From Oceanispirochaeta sp. (GTDB lineage: Bacteria > Spirochaetota > Spirochaetia > DSM-2461), in contig CAXXXD010000004.1 in assembly GCA_963663385.2 (NCBI GenBank), positions 256,001-320,000 of the forward strand: 64,000 nt of DNA, read 5' to 3'. Under the pieces are notes generated by a model. The model ran no database searches, was not told the DNA's origin, and saw only the letters and a program-made list of their open reading frames with translations. This document shows positions 9,365 to 18,668 of this stretch, one piece after another (the first letter of the stretch is position 1; each line of letters starts with the position of its first letter). Both the position numbers and the translations under genes were made by a program.

Positions 9365-10492
9365 ATGGCAGAGTTGCATTTTCGAATACCTTCCAAAATC
9401 CTTCAGGGCGTTAACGAGATAAATCGGTCCGGTATTGAGGTCAGCCGCCTGGGAAAGCGGGTTCTGATTATTGCAGATTCCGGTTTGAAAGATCCGCTTT
9501 GGAAGCTGCAGGGACTGTTGGAGTCACACGGGATAAAAACCATCATATTTAACGAAGAGATTAATCACGGGAACACATTTACAATCGACACCTGTGTTAA
9601 ACTGGCTAAGGGAAGTTTTATTGAATCCATCGTAGGATTCGGTGACGGACAGGTTCTTTCTGTAGCCAGAGCCGTTGTTGCAGCTGTTCCCAATAACTGG
9701 CATCCGGACGATCTGTTTGAGTCCGGTCTGATGAATGACCGCTACCTGCCCTATGTGGAAATCCCTACGGCATTCTGGTCTCCCTATCTCCTGCAGGCGT
9801 GCATTCCCCTTACAGAGAGCCGCGGCCTGATGACAAATTATGTAATTGGTGAGAATCATCCTGCCCGGATACTGATACAGGACCCTTCTCTCTCACTGGT
9901 CCTGTCCGAGAAGCAGCGAATCCCCCTCTTTTTCGAATTGATGATGTTCTGCCTGATAGCGGTGCTTCATCCCAGGCGTACGTTTCTTACAGAGGTTCAT
10001 TGCCGGGCCGGTTTTCAGCGGATATGGGAACAGAAAGAGTCCCTTGTCAGGAAATGGGATCTTAATACAGTAGTGAGCTTATCTGAAGCGGGGTCATTGA
10101 TCTCTCTTGCCCAGGATGAAGTCAGTTTTTTCTGGCCGGGATTACTGGTACAGAGTGTTTCCGGTTACTTTCAGGTTTCCCATTCTGTGGTCTCTCTTAT
10201 ACTGCTTCCCTTTATTCTGGATTACCTTTTTGAAACGTCATATAACGAAATGAAGAGTTTCCTCCTCTCTCTTCCGCGGATAGAGGATATTCCTGAAACA
10301 CCGGAAGATCTGCTGGATAGTATCCGGGGGAGTATAGGCTTCTATTCCATGCCCTCCCAGCTGCGTTCCGTTGGTATTGCTATGGATCAGCTGGCCGTTA
10401 CGGCTGAGGCGACAGGTTCTATTATGTCCAGTCTGGAGGTCGGCGGGATTACGGTGGATCAGCTATTTCAGATTTTGAAGAACAGCTGGTAA
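9365..10492 (+). CDS. Iron-containing alcohol dehydrogenase-fold protein, divergent
   Basis: FRIPSKILQG, LGKRVLII, IVGFGDG, EIPTA, IQDPSL, MPSQLRSVGI follow the Fe-ADH layout. Confidence 0.7.
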   Translation: MAELHFRIPSKILQGVNEINRSGIEVSRLGKRVLIIADSGLKDPLWKLQGLLESHGIKTIIFNEEINHGNTFTIDTCVKLAKGSFIESIVGFGDGQVLSVARAVVAAVPNNWHPDDLFESGLMNDRYLPYVEIPTAFWSPYLLQACIPLTESRGLMTNYVIGENHPARILIQDPSLSLVLSEKQRIPLFFELMMFCLIAVLHPRRTFLTEVHCRAGFQRIWEQKESLVRKWDLNTVVSLSEAGSLISLAQDEVSFFWPGLLVQSVSGYFQVSHSVVSLILLPFILDYLFETSYNEMKSFLLSLPRIEDIPETPEDLLDSIRGSIGFYSMPSQLRSVGIAMDQLAVTAEATGSIMSSLEVGGITVDQLFQILKNSW

Positions 10493-11280
10493 TGATAAGC
10501 GTACGAAAACTCTATACTCTCAGAACCGGAACCCGTCTCAGGAAAATTGTTCGTATTCTGGAGGAATGGGAACGGGAGATTCTTGAAGGTGTCCTGCCCG
10601 ATTCTACTTATCTTCAGGATCTTCTGGGAAACATGAGGAATGACAGTGATCTCAGCGAAAGTGTCAAACTGCGCTCCCGGGAACTTTCTGTCAGGTGGAA
10701 CCCTCTGGATGCGGCTTTTTGCCGGCGGCTTGTCAACTCTCTGCGCCACGCACTGCTGGCTCAGTTGGAGGTAGCCACGGCGGATTGGGATTTTATCCAT
10801 CCCGGTGATCAAACCGGTTTGCAGGAGAGATTCTCCTTTCCCGGGATTGCTGTCTACCTGGATGAGATCCGTTCCCCCTTTAATGTGGGGTCCATCTTCC
10901 GGACGGCAGAGAGTATGGGTGCGGCAGAACTCCTGCTCTCACCCGGTACCGCTGATCCCCTTCATCCGCGTGCCCGGAGAACATCCATGGGGTGTGTCGG
11001 CAGGCTTCCCTGGAAAAGGATGGATTACCAGTCTCTGGAAGATTTGAATTGCGACATCTTTGCCCTGGAACTGGGCGGAGAAAGTGTTAACAGCTTCTCC
11101 TTTCCCCGGAAAGGCATTCTTGTTCTGGGGTCCGAAGAGGTGGGCGTCTCCCCGGAATGTCTTAAACTGGCAGACAATTCCCGTGGAAGAGCCTCCATAC
11201 CTCTGTATGGCTGGAAGGGTTCCCTCAATGTTTCTGTAGCATATGGGATCGTTATGAATTTATGGACCCTGAGCCTTTAA
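10492..11280 (+). CDS. TrmH/SpoU family RNA methyltransferase
   Basis: IRSPFNVGSIFRTA, LVLGSEEVGV, SLNVSVA. Confidence 0.9.
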   Translation: MISVRKLYTLRTGTRLRKIVRILEEWEREILEGVLPDSTYLQDLLGNMRNDSDLSESVKLRSRELSVRWNPLDAAFCRRLVNSLRHALLAQLEVATADWDFIHPGDQTGLQERFSFPGIAVYLDEIRSPFNVGSIFRTAESMGAAELLLSPGTADPLHPRARRTSMGCVGRLPWKRMDYQSLEDLNCDIFALELGGESVNSFSFPRKGILVLGSEEVGVSPECLKLADNSRGRASIPLYGWKGSLNVSVAYGIVMNLWTLSL

Positions 11281-11507
11281 CGTTTGAGAGCCGATTCAAT
11301 AGCTCCCTGATTAAAGCCGACTATAACTTTTCCGTTTACATCGATGACGGGTACACCCATCTGTCCGGATTTTCTTACCATCTCTTCAGCTCTTTTCGGG
11401 TCGGTGGCAACGTTGTATTCGGTAAAGGGAATCCGGTTCTTTCTGAAATAGTCCTTGGCCATATTGCAATATCCGCATGAGGGTGTGGAATACATTGTTA
11501 CAGACAT
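11277..11507 (-). CDS. Glutaredoxin-like protein (NrdH/YruB type)
   Basis: YSTPSCGYC, GVPVI, VGFN; AGGAG RBS. Confidence 0.9.
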   Translation of the reverse strand: MSVTMYSTPSCGYCNMAKDYFRKNRIPFTEYNVATDPKRAEEMVRKSGQMGVPVIDVNGKVIVGFNQGAIESALKR

Positions 11508-11584
11508 ATAAAATCTCCTTATATATGAAAAACAATATATAATATAATGAAGATCCTTCCGGGTGTCAACTGTTCCTGTGAAAA

Positions 11585-13063
11585 TTACATCATAAGTTCT
11601 GTTGTAAAGGCTTGAGAAAGTCTGTCACGGATTGTATCAAGCTGATCTTCTGTGGTTATGCGGAAGAACTTCAGAGCATCCCTGTTAATCTGTTCATAAG
11701 TAATCTGTTCCTTTTCAAGATCACATAGCACGTTTGCCAGATAGACGCAGTAAACAACCTTTCTGTACTCGGGCTTTCCGGAATTCGGCTCATGATGATA
11801 GCGGATGGCTTCTACCAGAGATTCTGAAAAATTCCATTTTTCTGCTATTTTTGCCCCGATTTCCGAATGGTTGTACCCGCCGGCCAGGTTTTCAAACAGC
11901 CCTGCGGAAATCTCCTTCTCAGAAGAAAAGGATTTTATTTTTTCCAGCAGCTCAGGATGAATGCTGGAAAAGACAATTTTTCCCATGTCATGAAGGATCC
12001 CTCCCACATAGGCATCGTCTATAAAATCCCTGTTAAGGCGTACATTCCTGGCCAGGTTGAAGGCGTAAAATGCTGTTCTGTGAGCATGATCCCATAGCTC
12101 TTTTTTCTGCGGAAGGTTCAGGATCTTCTCAGACCCATAGGAGTATAGAAGATTTTTCAGTCCCCTCAGTCCCACCATCTTAACGGCATCGGCAATATTA
12201 TCCACCCGGTTAGGCAGCATAAACTGAGCCGAATTCACAACCCTCAGGAGGTCTGCTGTCAGGGAGGGATCAGTACTGATCCTTCTGGCAATCTCATTAA
12301 TATCGGAATCCGGATCGTTGATAAGCTGCTGAATTACCGTAATATTTTCCGGAAACTGGGGAAGAGCGTCTATTTCGCTGACAATACGGGTTGTGAGCAT
12401 ATCCAGTTCTTCCAGTTTTATCTCGGAGATCGGTATTGTCAGGGATGCTGTTGTCTCCCCGTTATCGCCCTCAATCTCAAAGGCTTCTTCATCCAGGCCC
12501 ATCTTTTTCAGCATAAGGATCAGAATGACAATCCCCAGCCCGGCGCCTTCCGAGTCATCCAGCACTTCGGAAAAGGCTTCCTCCATGCTGTCGAATGCAC
12601 GGGAACGGGCAATGCGGTCGTAGATTCTCATCTGTTCCTTACGGTTTATCTCAACGTTATTGCGAATGGAAATCCTAAAGTTTGAACTGAACGTATGAAA
12701 GGATATTTTTATATACAAACCCTTCTGTTTCTGCAGTTCCAGGTAGTGGTCGATCCGGTCCATGGTTTCGGATTTAAAATGTTTCATCCCCTCCGCATAA
12801 TCGTCCTTGTGATTCAGGCTAAGGCCTTTCTCTTCAAAATAAACACGTTTAGTATTGGCTTTTTTCGCATTAACAGCCAGTTCTTTCAGGCAGTAAGCCA
12901 GACGGTCTACCAGAGCGTCCTGACCCAGTTCTTTCAAATATATACCCAGGATTTCTTCGACATAAACCTCTGTTTCGTGATTCAGTTTATAGGTCGTTAT
13001 AGTTACAGGTACCGATTTTTGTATGGCTACCTTTATTTTTTCAGAAATATTGGTTGGAGGCAT
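11585..13063 (-). CDS. HDOD domain protein with N-terminal HATPase-like domain
   Basis: ELAVNA and GAGLGI in the N-half; DPSLTADLLRVVNSA, LHDMGK, HHEP in the C-half; start uncertain (13063 or 13093). Confidence 0.85.
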   Translation of the reverse strand: MPPTNISEKIKVAIQKSVPVTITTYKLNHETEVYVEEILGIYLKELGQDALVDRLAYCLKELAVNAKKANTKRVYFEEKGLSLNHKDDYAEGMKHFKSETMDRIDHYLELQKQKGLYIKISFHTFSSNFRISIRNNVEINRKEQMRIYDRIARSRAFDSMEEAFSEVLDDSEGAGLGIVILILMLKKMGLDEEAFEIEGDNGETTASLTIPISEIKLEELDMLTTRIVSEIDALPQFPENITVIQQLINDPDSDINEIARRISTDPSLTADLLRVVNSAQFMLPNRVDNIADAVKMVGLRGLKNLLYSYGSEKILNLPQKKELWDHAHRTAFYAFNLARNVRLNRDFIDDAYVGGILHDMGKIVFSSIHPELLEKIKSFSSEKEISAGLFENLAGGYNHSEIGAKIAEKWNFSESLVEAIRYHHEPNSGKPEYRKVVYCVYLANVLCDLEKEQITYEQINRDALKFFRITTEDQLDTIRDRLSQAFTTELMM

Positions 13064-13192
13064 GAAGTATCCTTTGGGTTCAAACTTTTTCAATTGGTTA
13101 CTTATAAAAATATATCTCTGATGCCTTTATTGTCAAGCAATCCTTAGGTTTCAACACTCGATTCTTTGGAATAATTAATATACATTTAAGAA

Positions 13193-13954
13193 ATGAATAT
13201 TAAGGAATTTGATGAATGGTGCCGTTCATTTCTGGCAATTGATATGATGAGCGGAAGAGACAGTTCTCTGAACGGACTGCAGATTGGGGATTTCGGCAGA
13301 ACTGTGAAGAAAGTCGCTTTTGCCGTAGATGCCTGTCTTGAGACATTTTCCAGGGCTGTCGATGAGAAGGCGGATCTGCTCTTTGTTCACCATGGCCTTT
13401 TCTGGGGACGTCCCATGGCGGTTACCGGTCCCATGTACAAAAGATTTGAAACCCTTATCAACAACAGGATTGCCCTGTATGCGGTCCATCTGCCGCTTGA
13501 TATGCATGCCGAATTTGGAAACAATGCCATTCTGGCGGATATCCTGGGCCTTGCTGACAGAAAAGAGTTTGGAGAGTACAAAGGTACATTTATTGGTGTG
13601 GAAGGCGTTTTTGAAACTCCCCGGAGCCGTGATGAGGTTGTTCAGAAGCTGTTTGGCGGCTGGGAGGATTCAATCAGGACTCTGCCCTTCGGGCCCGAAA
13701 AGATCAGCAGTGTCGGGATTATTTCGGGCGGTGCTCCCCGTGAAGTGTCAGAGGCTATCGATAAGGGGCTGGATCTGTATATAACCGGAGATGCCTCCCA
13801 CGAAATCTATCATCAGTGTATGGAATCCGGTATCAATGTTATTTTCGGAGGGCATTATCTGACGGAAACCACAGGGGTCCAGGCGGTGCAGAAGAAAGTC
13901 CGGACCGAGCTGGAGCTGGATACTGTTTTTATTGATGTTCCAACAGGACTCTGA
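13193..13954 (+). CDS. Nif3-like dinuclear metal centre protein
   Basis: NGLQ, VHHGLFW, HLPLD, GHYLTE. Confidence 0.92.
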   Translation: MNIKEFDEWCRSFLAIDMMSGRDSSLNGLQIGDFGRTVKKVAFAVDACLETFSRAVDEKADLLFVHHGLFWGRPMAVTGPMYKRFETLINNRIALYAVHLPLDMHAEFGNNAILADILGLADRKEFGEYKGTFIGVEGVFETPRSRDEVVQKLFGGWEDSIRTLPFGPEKISSVGIISGGAPREVSEAIDKGLDLYITGDASHEIYHQCMESGINVIFGGHYLTETTGVQAVQKKVRTELELDTVFIDVPTGL

Positions 13955-13967
13955 TATTGTGTTGAAT

Positions 13968-14483
13968 ATGTCCGAATTACGTTTAAAGAAAAAAATGCAG
14001 CCTCTGATCCTGTCCGTACTTATTATTGTACTGGATCAATTGACAAAACTGCTGATTGTAAAGATGATCCCCTATCGAACAGTGGGGTTTTCCCTGTGGA
14101 ATGATTTTTTCAGGCTTGTTTATGTAAAGAATACGGGGGTCGCCTTCAGTCTGGGAGATCAGCTTCCCGATCTGCTGCGGATCATCCTTTTTATAGCCAT
14201 TCCCCTTGGTATCCTTGTTTATCTTGCTTTCTATCTGGTCAGATCCGGGGAAGAATCGGGTTTTCAGAAATACTGCCTGGCCGGTATTGTCGGAGGAGGG
14301 CTGGGGAACCTGATAGACAGGACCTTCAGACCTGACGGGGTAGTGGATTTTCTGGATTTCCGTTTTTACGGACTGTTCGGAATGGAACGTTTTCCCACAT
14401 TCAATATGGCGGACTCTTCTATCGTTGTCTGCGGTATTCTGCTGTTCATCTCATTCTGGATAAAGGAGAAAAATAAAAAATGA
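13968..14483 (+). CDS. lspA: Lipoprotein signal peptidase II
   Basis: DQLTK, NTGVAFS, GNLIDR, VVDF, FNMAD. Confidence 0.95.
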   Translation: MSELRLKKKMQPLILSVLIIVLDQLTKLLIVKMIPYRTVGFSLWNDFFRLVYVKNTGVAFSLGDQLPDLLRIILFIAIPLGILVYLAFYLVRSGEESGFQKYCLAGIVGGGLGNLIDRTFRPDGVVDFLDFRFYGLFGMERFPTFNMADSSIVVCGILLFISFWIKEKNKK

Positions 14484-14752
14484 ATAAAAAAGTGAATACA
14501 ATACTGTTTATGCTGGCCGGTACGGTTCTTAATATAGTTACCATGCTGGGCCTTTTTCTGATACTGCTCTTTGCAGCGAATCTGGTTCTGACACCCGAGA
14601 CAGATTCAACCATCAAGATGGTTGTTTTTCTGCTTGTCATAACCCTTTCCGTTCTGGGGTCATTCTTCCTTTATTCCCGGCTGGTAAAATGGATAAATGA
14701 AAAGTGGGACCTTGACCGGTATATGCATCCCCTTTTCGGGAAAAAGCGCTGA
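14480..14752 (+). CDS. Small two-TM hypothetical protein
   Basis: Two hydrophobic helices; overlaps lspA stop; AAGGAG upstream. Confidence 0.7.
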   Translation: MNKKVNTILFMLAGTVLNIVTMLGLFLILLFAANLVLTPETDSTIKMVVFLLVITLSVLGSFFLYSRLVKWINEKWDLDRYMHPLFGKKR

Positions 14753-14756
14753 CCTG

Positions 14757-16409
14757 TCAGTAGCCGTCCGAAGCAGCGCGGTTCAAATCCTTTTTGTAAA
14801 GTTCGTTATAAACAAAACCCCGGTTCCGCAGTCTGTCTTTCAGCTCCTGCGGGAAAGGAATGTCCCTCCAGAATATCCCGCGGGCTTCTTTATCGAGTTT
14901 CTGAACACCTTCACTCTCTTTTGTTACCCATAAAATATAATCTTCAATAAATTTCAGGCGGACATCCCCGCGCATTTTCCGTTCTGAGAAGAACTGGTAG
15001 TAGTGGCCTGTGAGACCTTCTTCCATCCAGTAGTGCTGAGCCTTCTCCTTGGCCACCTGCCATCTGAGATCCGCTACAGCATGGATCACAGCAATCTTAA
15101 GGTTCTTGGGATACATAGGAATGGCTATGCGTCCCCGGCTGGTGGATCTGTTATACCGTTCAAAGGGTTCCCAGCAGATTCCAAAATCACCATAACAGGG
15201 TATCAGAATAATATGAGGAACAATACGGTTGGTTTTCTGTTTAAATGTCCTGTGAAAAAGGCTTGGATCGATGGATTCAATTTCATGGAGCTGTTTGATA
15301 ACATTTTCCCGTGTGGCCACATCTTCCAGGCGGGGGGTAAAGAACTGTTTCATCAGAATGGGCAGGTGGTTCCCCTGTCTGCCTACACACAGTTTTGCCA
15401 TCTGCCGGATGCTGGAGATCTCTTTTTGAACAACCGAGCGGTCTACCTCCATAATACTGCCCATTTTTCTGGCGGTCTGTTGAAACATTCTGTAGTTCTG
15501 GTCTGCTTCATTCAGTTGTTTATAATGGACGGTCATCTCCCTCTGCAGCTGTGAAAGTTCCCGGGTAAGGTTGATAATATCCATGAGCCCCCGTGTCTGT
15601 CCTTCCGTATAGATGCTTTCCAGTTCAGAAAAAGCAGCGTTGCGGGTATGTTCAGAGATCTCATTGATCCTGTTTTTTATCATATTCTCCCGCTGGCTCC
15701 GCTTCATTTGAAGGTTCTGAAGGGTTGTAAGGTGGGCGTCCCTGCTCCCCTTGGATTTATCAAGCTGCATCCGGACTTTCTGGTCCTGGGTTCTTTTTGC
15801 CGGTTTTGTCTCATCCGAGGCCAGGGGTGCTACATAACCGCCCAGAACCTTAAGAAGCCACTCATCAACATAATGGATAGGTTCTCCGCATGTATTCCTG
15901 TCGATAATACTGCCGAGCATCTTACGCTGGTCCGCAGAGATAATGTTGGGCAAAAGGATGGCAAATCGTAGAAACAGACGTTTCGGTTCCGTTTCCCATT
16001 GGCCTGCTTTGCCGGATATCAACGTATAGAGTTCCCAGAACTGGGTTATCAGCTTTGTCCGGAAAATCTGTTTTTCCTTGGGATCCTTTGTTTTCAGGAA
16101 CTGGGAGAGAATGCTGTGGATTGTATGGGAGACCTCTCCTTCTCCGGCCAGTACGGATTTATAGAAGTTCGCATTGGAAAAGATAGGGTTGGGATCCCGG
16201 GATAGCTCATCAGGGACAAGAAAGGACTCTCTGGTTATATCGTCTTCGGCAGAGGTATCGGTCTGGGAAGTCTCATCCTGAGAAGTTTCATCAAACAGGT
16301 TTTCATAATCAGGCGGCGCATTCAGATCGGCGGTGCCGTTTGTGCCAAGTCCCAGAAGAGAAGCAATTTCCGGATCTATATCGCCTGAAAAGATATCATC
16401 GTTCTCCAT
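14757..16409 (-). CDS. Hypothetical protein with coiled-coil middle region
   Basis: 550-aa uninterrupted ORF; no motif recognised. Confidence 0.7.
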   Translation of the reverse strand: MENDDIFSGDIDPEIASLLGLGTNGTADLNAPPDYENLFDETSQDETSQTDTSAEDDITRESFLVPDELSRDPNPIFSNANFYKSVLAGEGEVSHTIHSILSQFLKTKDPKEKQIFRTKLITQFWELYTLISGKAGQWETEPKRLFLRFAILLPNIISADQRKMLGSIIDRNTCGEPIHYVDEWLLKVLGGYVAPLASDETKPAKRTQDQKVRMQLDKSKGSRDAHLTTLQNLQMKRSQRENMIKNRINEISEHTRNAAFSELESIYTEGQTRGLMDIINLTRELSQLQREMTVHYKQLNEADQNYRMFQQTARKMGSIMEVDRSVVQKEISSIRQMAKLCVGRQGNHLPILMKQFFTPRLEDVATRENVIKQLHEIESIDPSLFHRTFKQKTNRIVPHIILIPCYGDFGICWEPFERYNRSTSRGRIAIPMYPKNLKIAVIHAVADLRWQVAKEKAQHYWMEEGLTGHYYQFFSERKMRGDVRLKFIEDYILWVTKESEGVQKLDKEARGIFWRDIPFPQELKDRLRNRGFVYNELYKKDLNRAASDGY

Positions 16410-16436
16410 TATTGTACCCCGATTTCAATTCTGCAT

Positions 16437-16488
16437 AAAAAAAAGAGCTGAAAACAGCCTTTCGTATAAGGACAATTTTCAGCTCTTA
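16437..16488 (-). terminator. Terminator downstream of tRNA-Ala
   Basis: AAGAGCTGAAAA / TTTTCAGCTCTT inverted repeat with T-run on the minus strand. Confidence 0.7.
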
Positions 16489-16489
16489 A

Positions 16490-16563
16490 TGGAGGTGGTG
16501 GGAATCGAACCCATGACCTCGTGAATGCCATTCACGCGCTCTAGCCAACTGAGCTACACCCCC
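16490..16563 (-). tRNA. tRNA-Ala(GGC), CCA not encoded
   Basis: GGGGGTGTAGCTCAGTTGGCTAGAGCGCGTGAATGGCATTCACGAGGTCATGGGTTCGATTCCCACCACCTCCA; cloverleaf with G3:U70. Confidence 0.97.
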
Positions 16564-16576
16564 AAAATGTATGGCC

Positions 16577-16605
16577 ATCTTAATGACTTATCTGAAAGCT
16601 GTCAA
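16577..16605 (-). promoter_or_regulatory. Sigma70 promoter of tRNA-Ala
   Basis: TTGACA-17-TAAGAT. Confidence 0.75.
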
Positions 16606-16629
16606 TACATTCTGTGTAAATTTAATCTA

Positions 16630-16658
16630 TTGTATTATGCCTGTTCCGTCAATATAAT
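16630..16658 (+). promoter_or_regulatory. Sigma70 promoter of the moxR cluster (likely leaderless)
   Basis: TTGTAT-17-TATAAT, 6 nt before ATG 16665. Confidence 0.6.
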
Positions 16659-16664
16659 AGAGGC

Positions 16665-17600
16665 ATGGAAAAAATCCCCGGAAAGGAACTCCCCCATCTC
16701 CTTATCTCAGAAATAAATCGCGTTATAAAGGGACAGGCCCGTTTATTGAAACTTTTTATTACCGGGATACTGGCGGACGGGCACATTCTTCTTGAAGGGC
16801 TGCCCGGTACGGGGAAAACGACTCTGGCTCAGACCCTTTCCGCACTGATTGACCAATCCGATTTCAGAAGGATCCAGTTTACTCCGGACCTTCTTCCTTA
16901 TGATATAACAGGAATCGATGTCTGGAATCAGGAATCCCGCTGTTTTGAATTCAAACCCGGTCCTGTTTTTACTCATATCCTTCTGGCTGATGAAATCAAC
17001 CGGACCACACCCAAGGTTCAATCGGCCCTCCTGGAGGTTATGGCGGAACAGCAGGTTTCAATCGGCAGGGATACTTATGCATTGAAAGATTTTTTCCTTG
17101 TACTGGCAACACAGAATCCACTGGATCATGAGGGGACCTATCCTCTCCCCGAGGCACAAAAGGATCGTTTTCTCATGAAGCTGGTTCCTGACTATCCGGA
17201 TCCGGAATCAGAACTTGCCGTTCTGAAGGGTGATCCGTCTCATGCGGTTCTTCCCCTTCTGAAACCGGTCTGTACGGTGGATGACTTCCTGAACTGCCGG
17301 CGGGAAGCATCCCGGGTTTTCTGTGATGATTCCCTTCTTCAGTGTATTGTCAGGATTGTCCGGAAAACCAGAGAGCATAGGGACTTAACGGCCGGCGTCT
17401 CTCCCCGGGGCGCTCTGATGCTGCTGGCAGCCTGTCGTAGCAGCGCCTTTATTGATAAAAGGGATTATGTGACAGATCAGGATATCCTGGATGTGGCGTC
17501 TGCCGTTCTGGCCCACAGGATAATGCCTTACAGCACAGACCTGGATTGTGCCGGATTTATAGATGAGGTTGTGCGTGGTGAAATCGAAAAACTGCATTAA
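16665..17600 (+). CDS. MoxR family AAA+ ATPase
   Basis: GLPGTGKT, RIQFTPDLLP, LADEINR, ATQNP, YPLPEAQ. Confidence 0.93.
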   Translation: MEKIPGKELPHLLISEINRVIKGQARLLKLFITGILADGHILLEGLPGTGKTTLAQTLSALIDQSDFRRIQFTPDLLPYDITGIDVWNQESRCFEFKPGPVFTHILLADEINRTTPKVQSALLEVMAEQQVSIGRDTYALKDFFLVLATQNPLDHEGTYPLPEAQKDRFLMKLVPDYPDPESELAVLKGDPSHAVLPLLKPVCTVDDFLNCRREASRVFCDDSLLQCIVRIVRKTREHRDLTAGVSPRGALMLLAACRSSAFIDKRDYVTDQDILDVASAVLAHRIMPYSTDLDCAGFIDEVVRGEIEKLH

Positions 17601-17633
17601 CTCCGGTGGAGCCGCTTTTTTTTTCTTTCCCTG

Positions 17634-18668
17634 ATGAGTCTGGCAGCCGGACTGTTCCTGCGCAGTCTCCCGCTCCTGTCTATGGGGATCCTTAATCTCT
17701 TCGTTTTTTTATGCATTGGCGTTCCTTTTCTCCTTCTCTCTTTTCGCATCAGAAAAATTGTGATTTTTCCGGTGCTGCCCCATCGCATGGATGATGCATC
17801 CCTCCTGAAAGAATACTGCAGGGATATTTTCCCCGTATCCCGGGGGCTTCGTTTCTCCTGTCTGCTGGATCTTCAGTGGGAAGAATACAGGTCCCTTCAA
17901 CTGAGCAGTTCTGACAGGGGACCCGGGGAGGGCACGACGGACCGGTTCTGCAGAGGAATTTACACCATCAACTCGTGCAAACTGGTAGTCCGGGACAGGT
18001 TTAATCTGTTCCGGACCGAGTTCTCCCGGGATTACAGGCAGATCCTGACGGTCTATCCAGCCGGGAACGGAACAGGCTCCCAGGCTCTGCTGAAGAGATT
18101 TAGTTCCGAGGCCCGGACCGCCAGCCGGTCCCTTCTGAAGGACAGCAGTTACTACGAGTCCCGGCTCTACTCTCCCGGGGACGATCCCAGGCGGATCAAC
18201 TGGAAACTTCAGGCCCGGTTTGGAAGCCTTTTTGTCAAGGATGGTTATACCGCTTCCCCCTCCGGGAAAAAAATCCTGATGCTGGCAGATGGCAGGGGGG
18301 CACTGCCCTCAGTGGATAATTTATACCGTGAGTGCCGTTCCCTGCTGGAAGCCCTTCTTGAGCATGGGTTCGATATTTATCTCCACGCTACTGGAATGAG
18401 TGCTCCCGTAAAGGTTTCTGTACCTTTCGGTCAGGATGGATATAATACACTCCTGGCATCTGCTCCACCGGTTCCGTTTGATGCGGGGGGGATTGATTTA
18501 TCCGTTTCCTATGGTGCGGTGTTCCTTTTTACTGCCGATACTTCCATACTGGAAAAACTGAAGGGGGATCTGTTTACTTCCGAAAGGGTTCTCAAGTTTT
18601 TGTTTCTACCAGAAAATGAAACTCAGAGACAGATCAGGGGAGGTTGGCATGTCAGTGAAATTCGGTAG
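17634..18668 (+). CDS. DUF58 domain protein
   Basis: RLYSPGDDPRRINWK motif; follows moxR. Confidence 0.8.
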   Translation: MSLAAGLFLRSLPLLSMGILNLFVFLCIGVPFLLLSFRIRKIVIFPVLPHRMDDASLLKEYCRDIFPVSRGLRFSCLLDLQWEEYRSLQLSSSDRGPGEGTTDRFCRGIYTINSCKLVVRDRFNLFRTEFSRDYRQILTVYPAGNGTGSQALLKRFSSEARTASRSLLKDSSYYESRLYSPGDDPRRINWKLQARFGSLFVKDGYTASPSGKKILMLADGRGALPSVDNLYRECRSLLEALLEHGFDIYLHATGMSAPVKVSVPFGQDGYNTLLASAPPVPFDAGGIDLSVSYGAVFLFTADTSILEKLKGDLFTSERVLKFLFLPENETQRQIRGGWHVSEIR

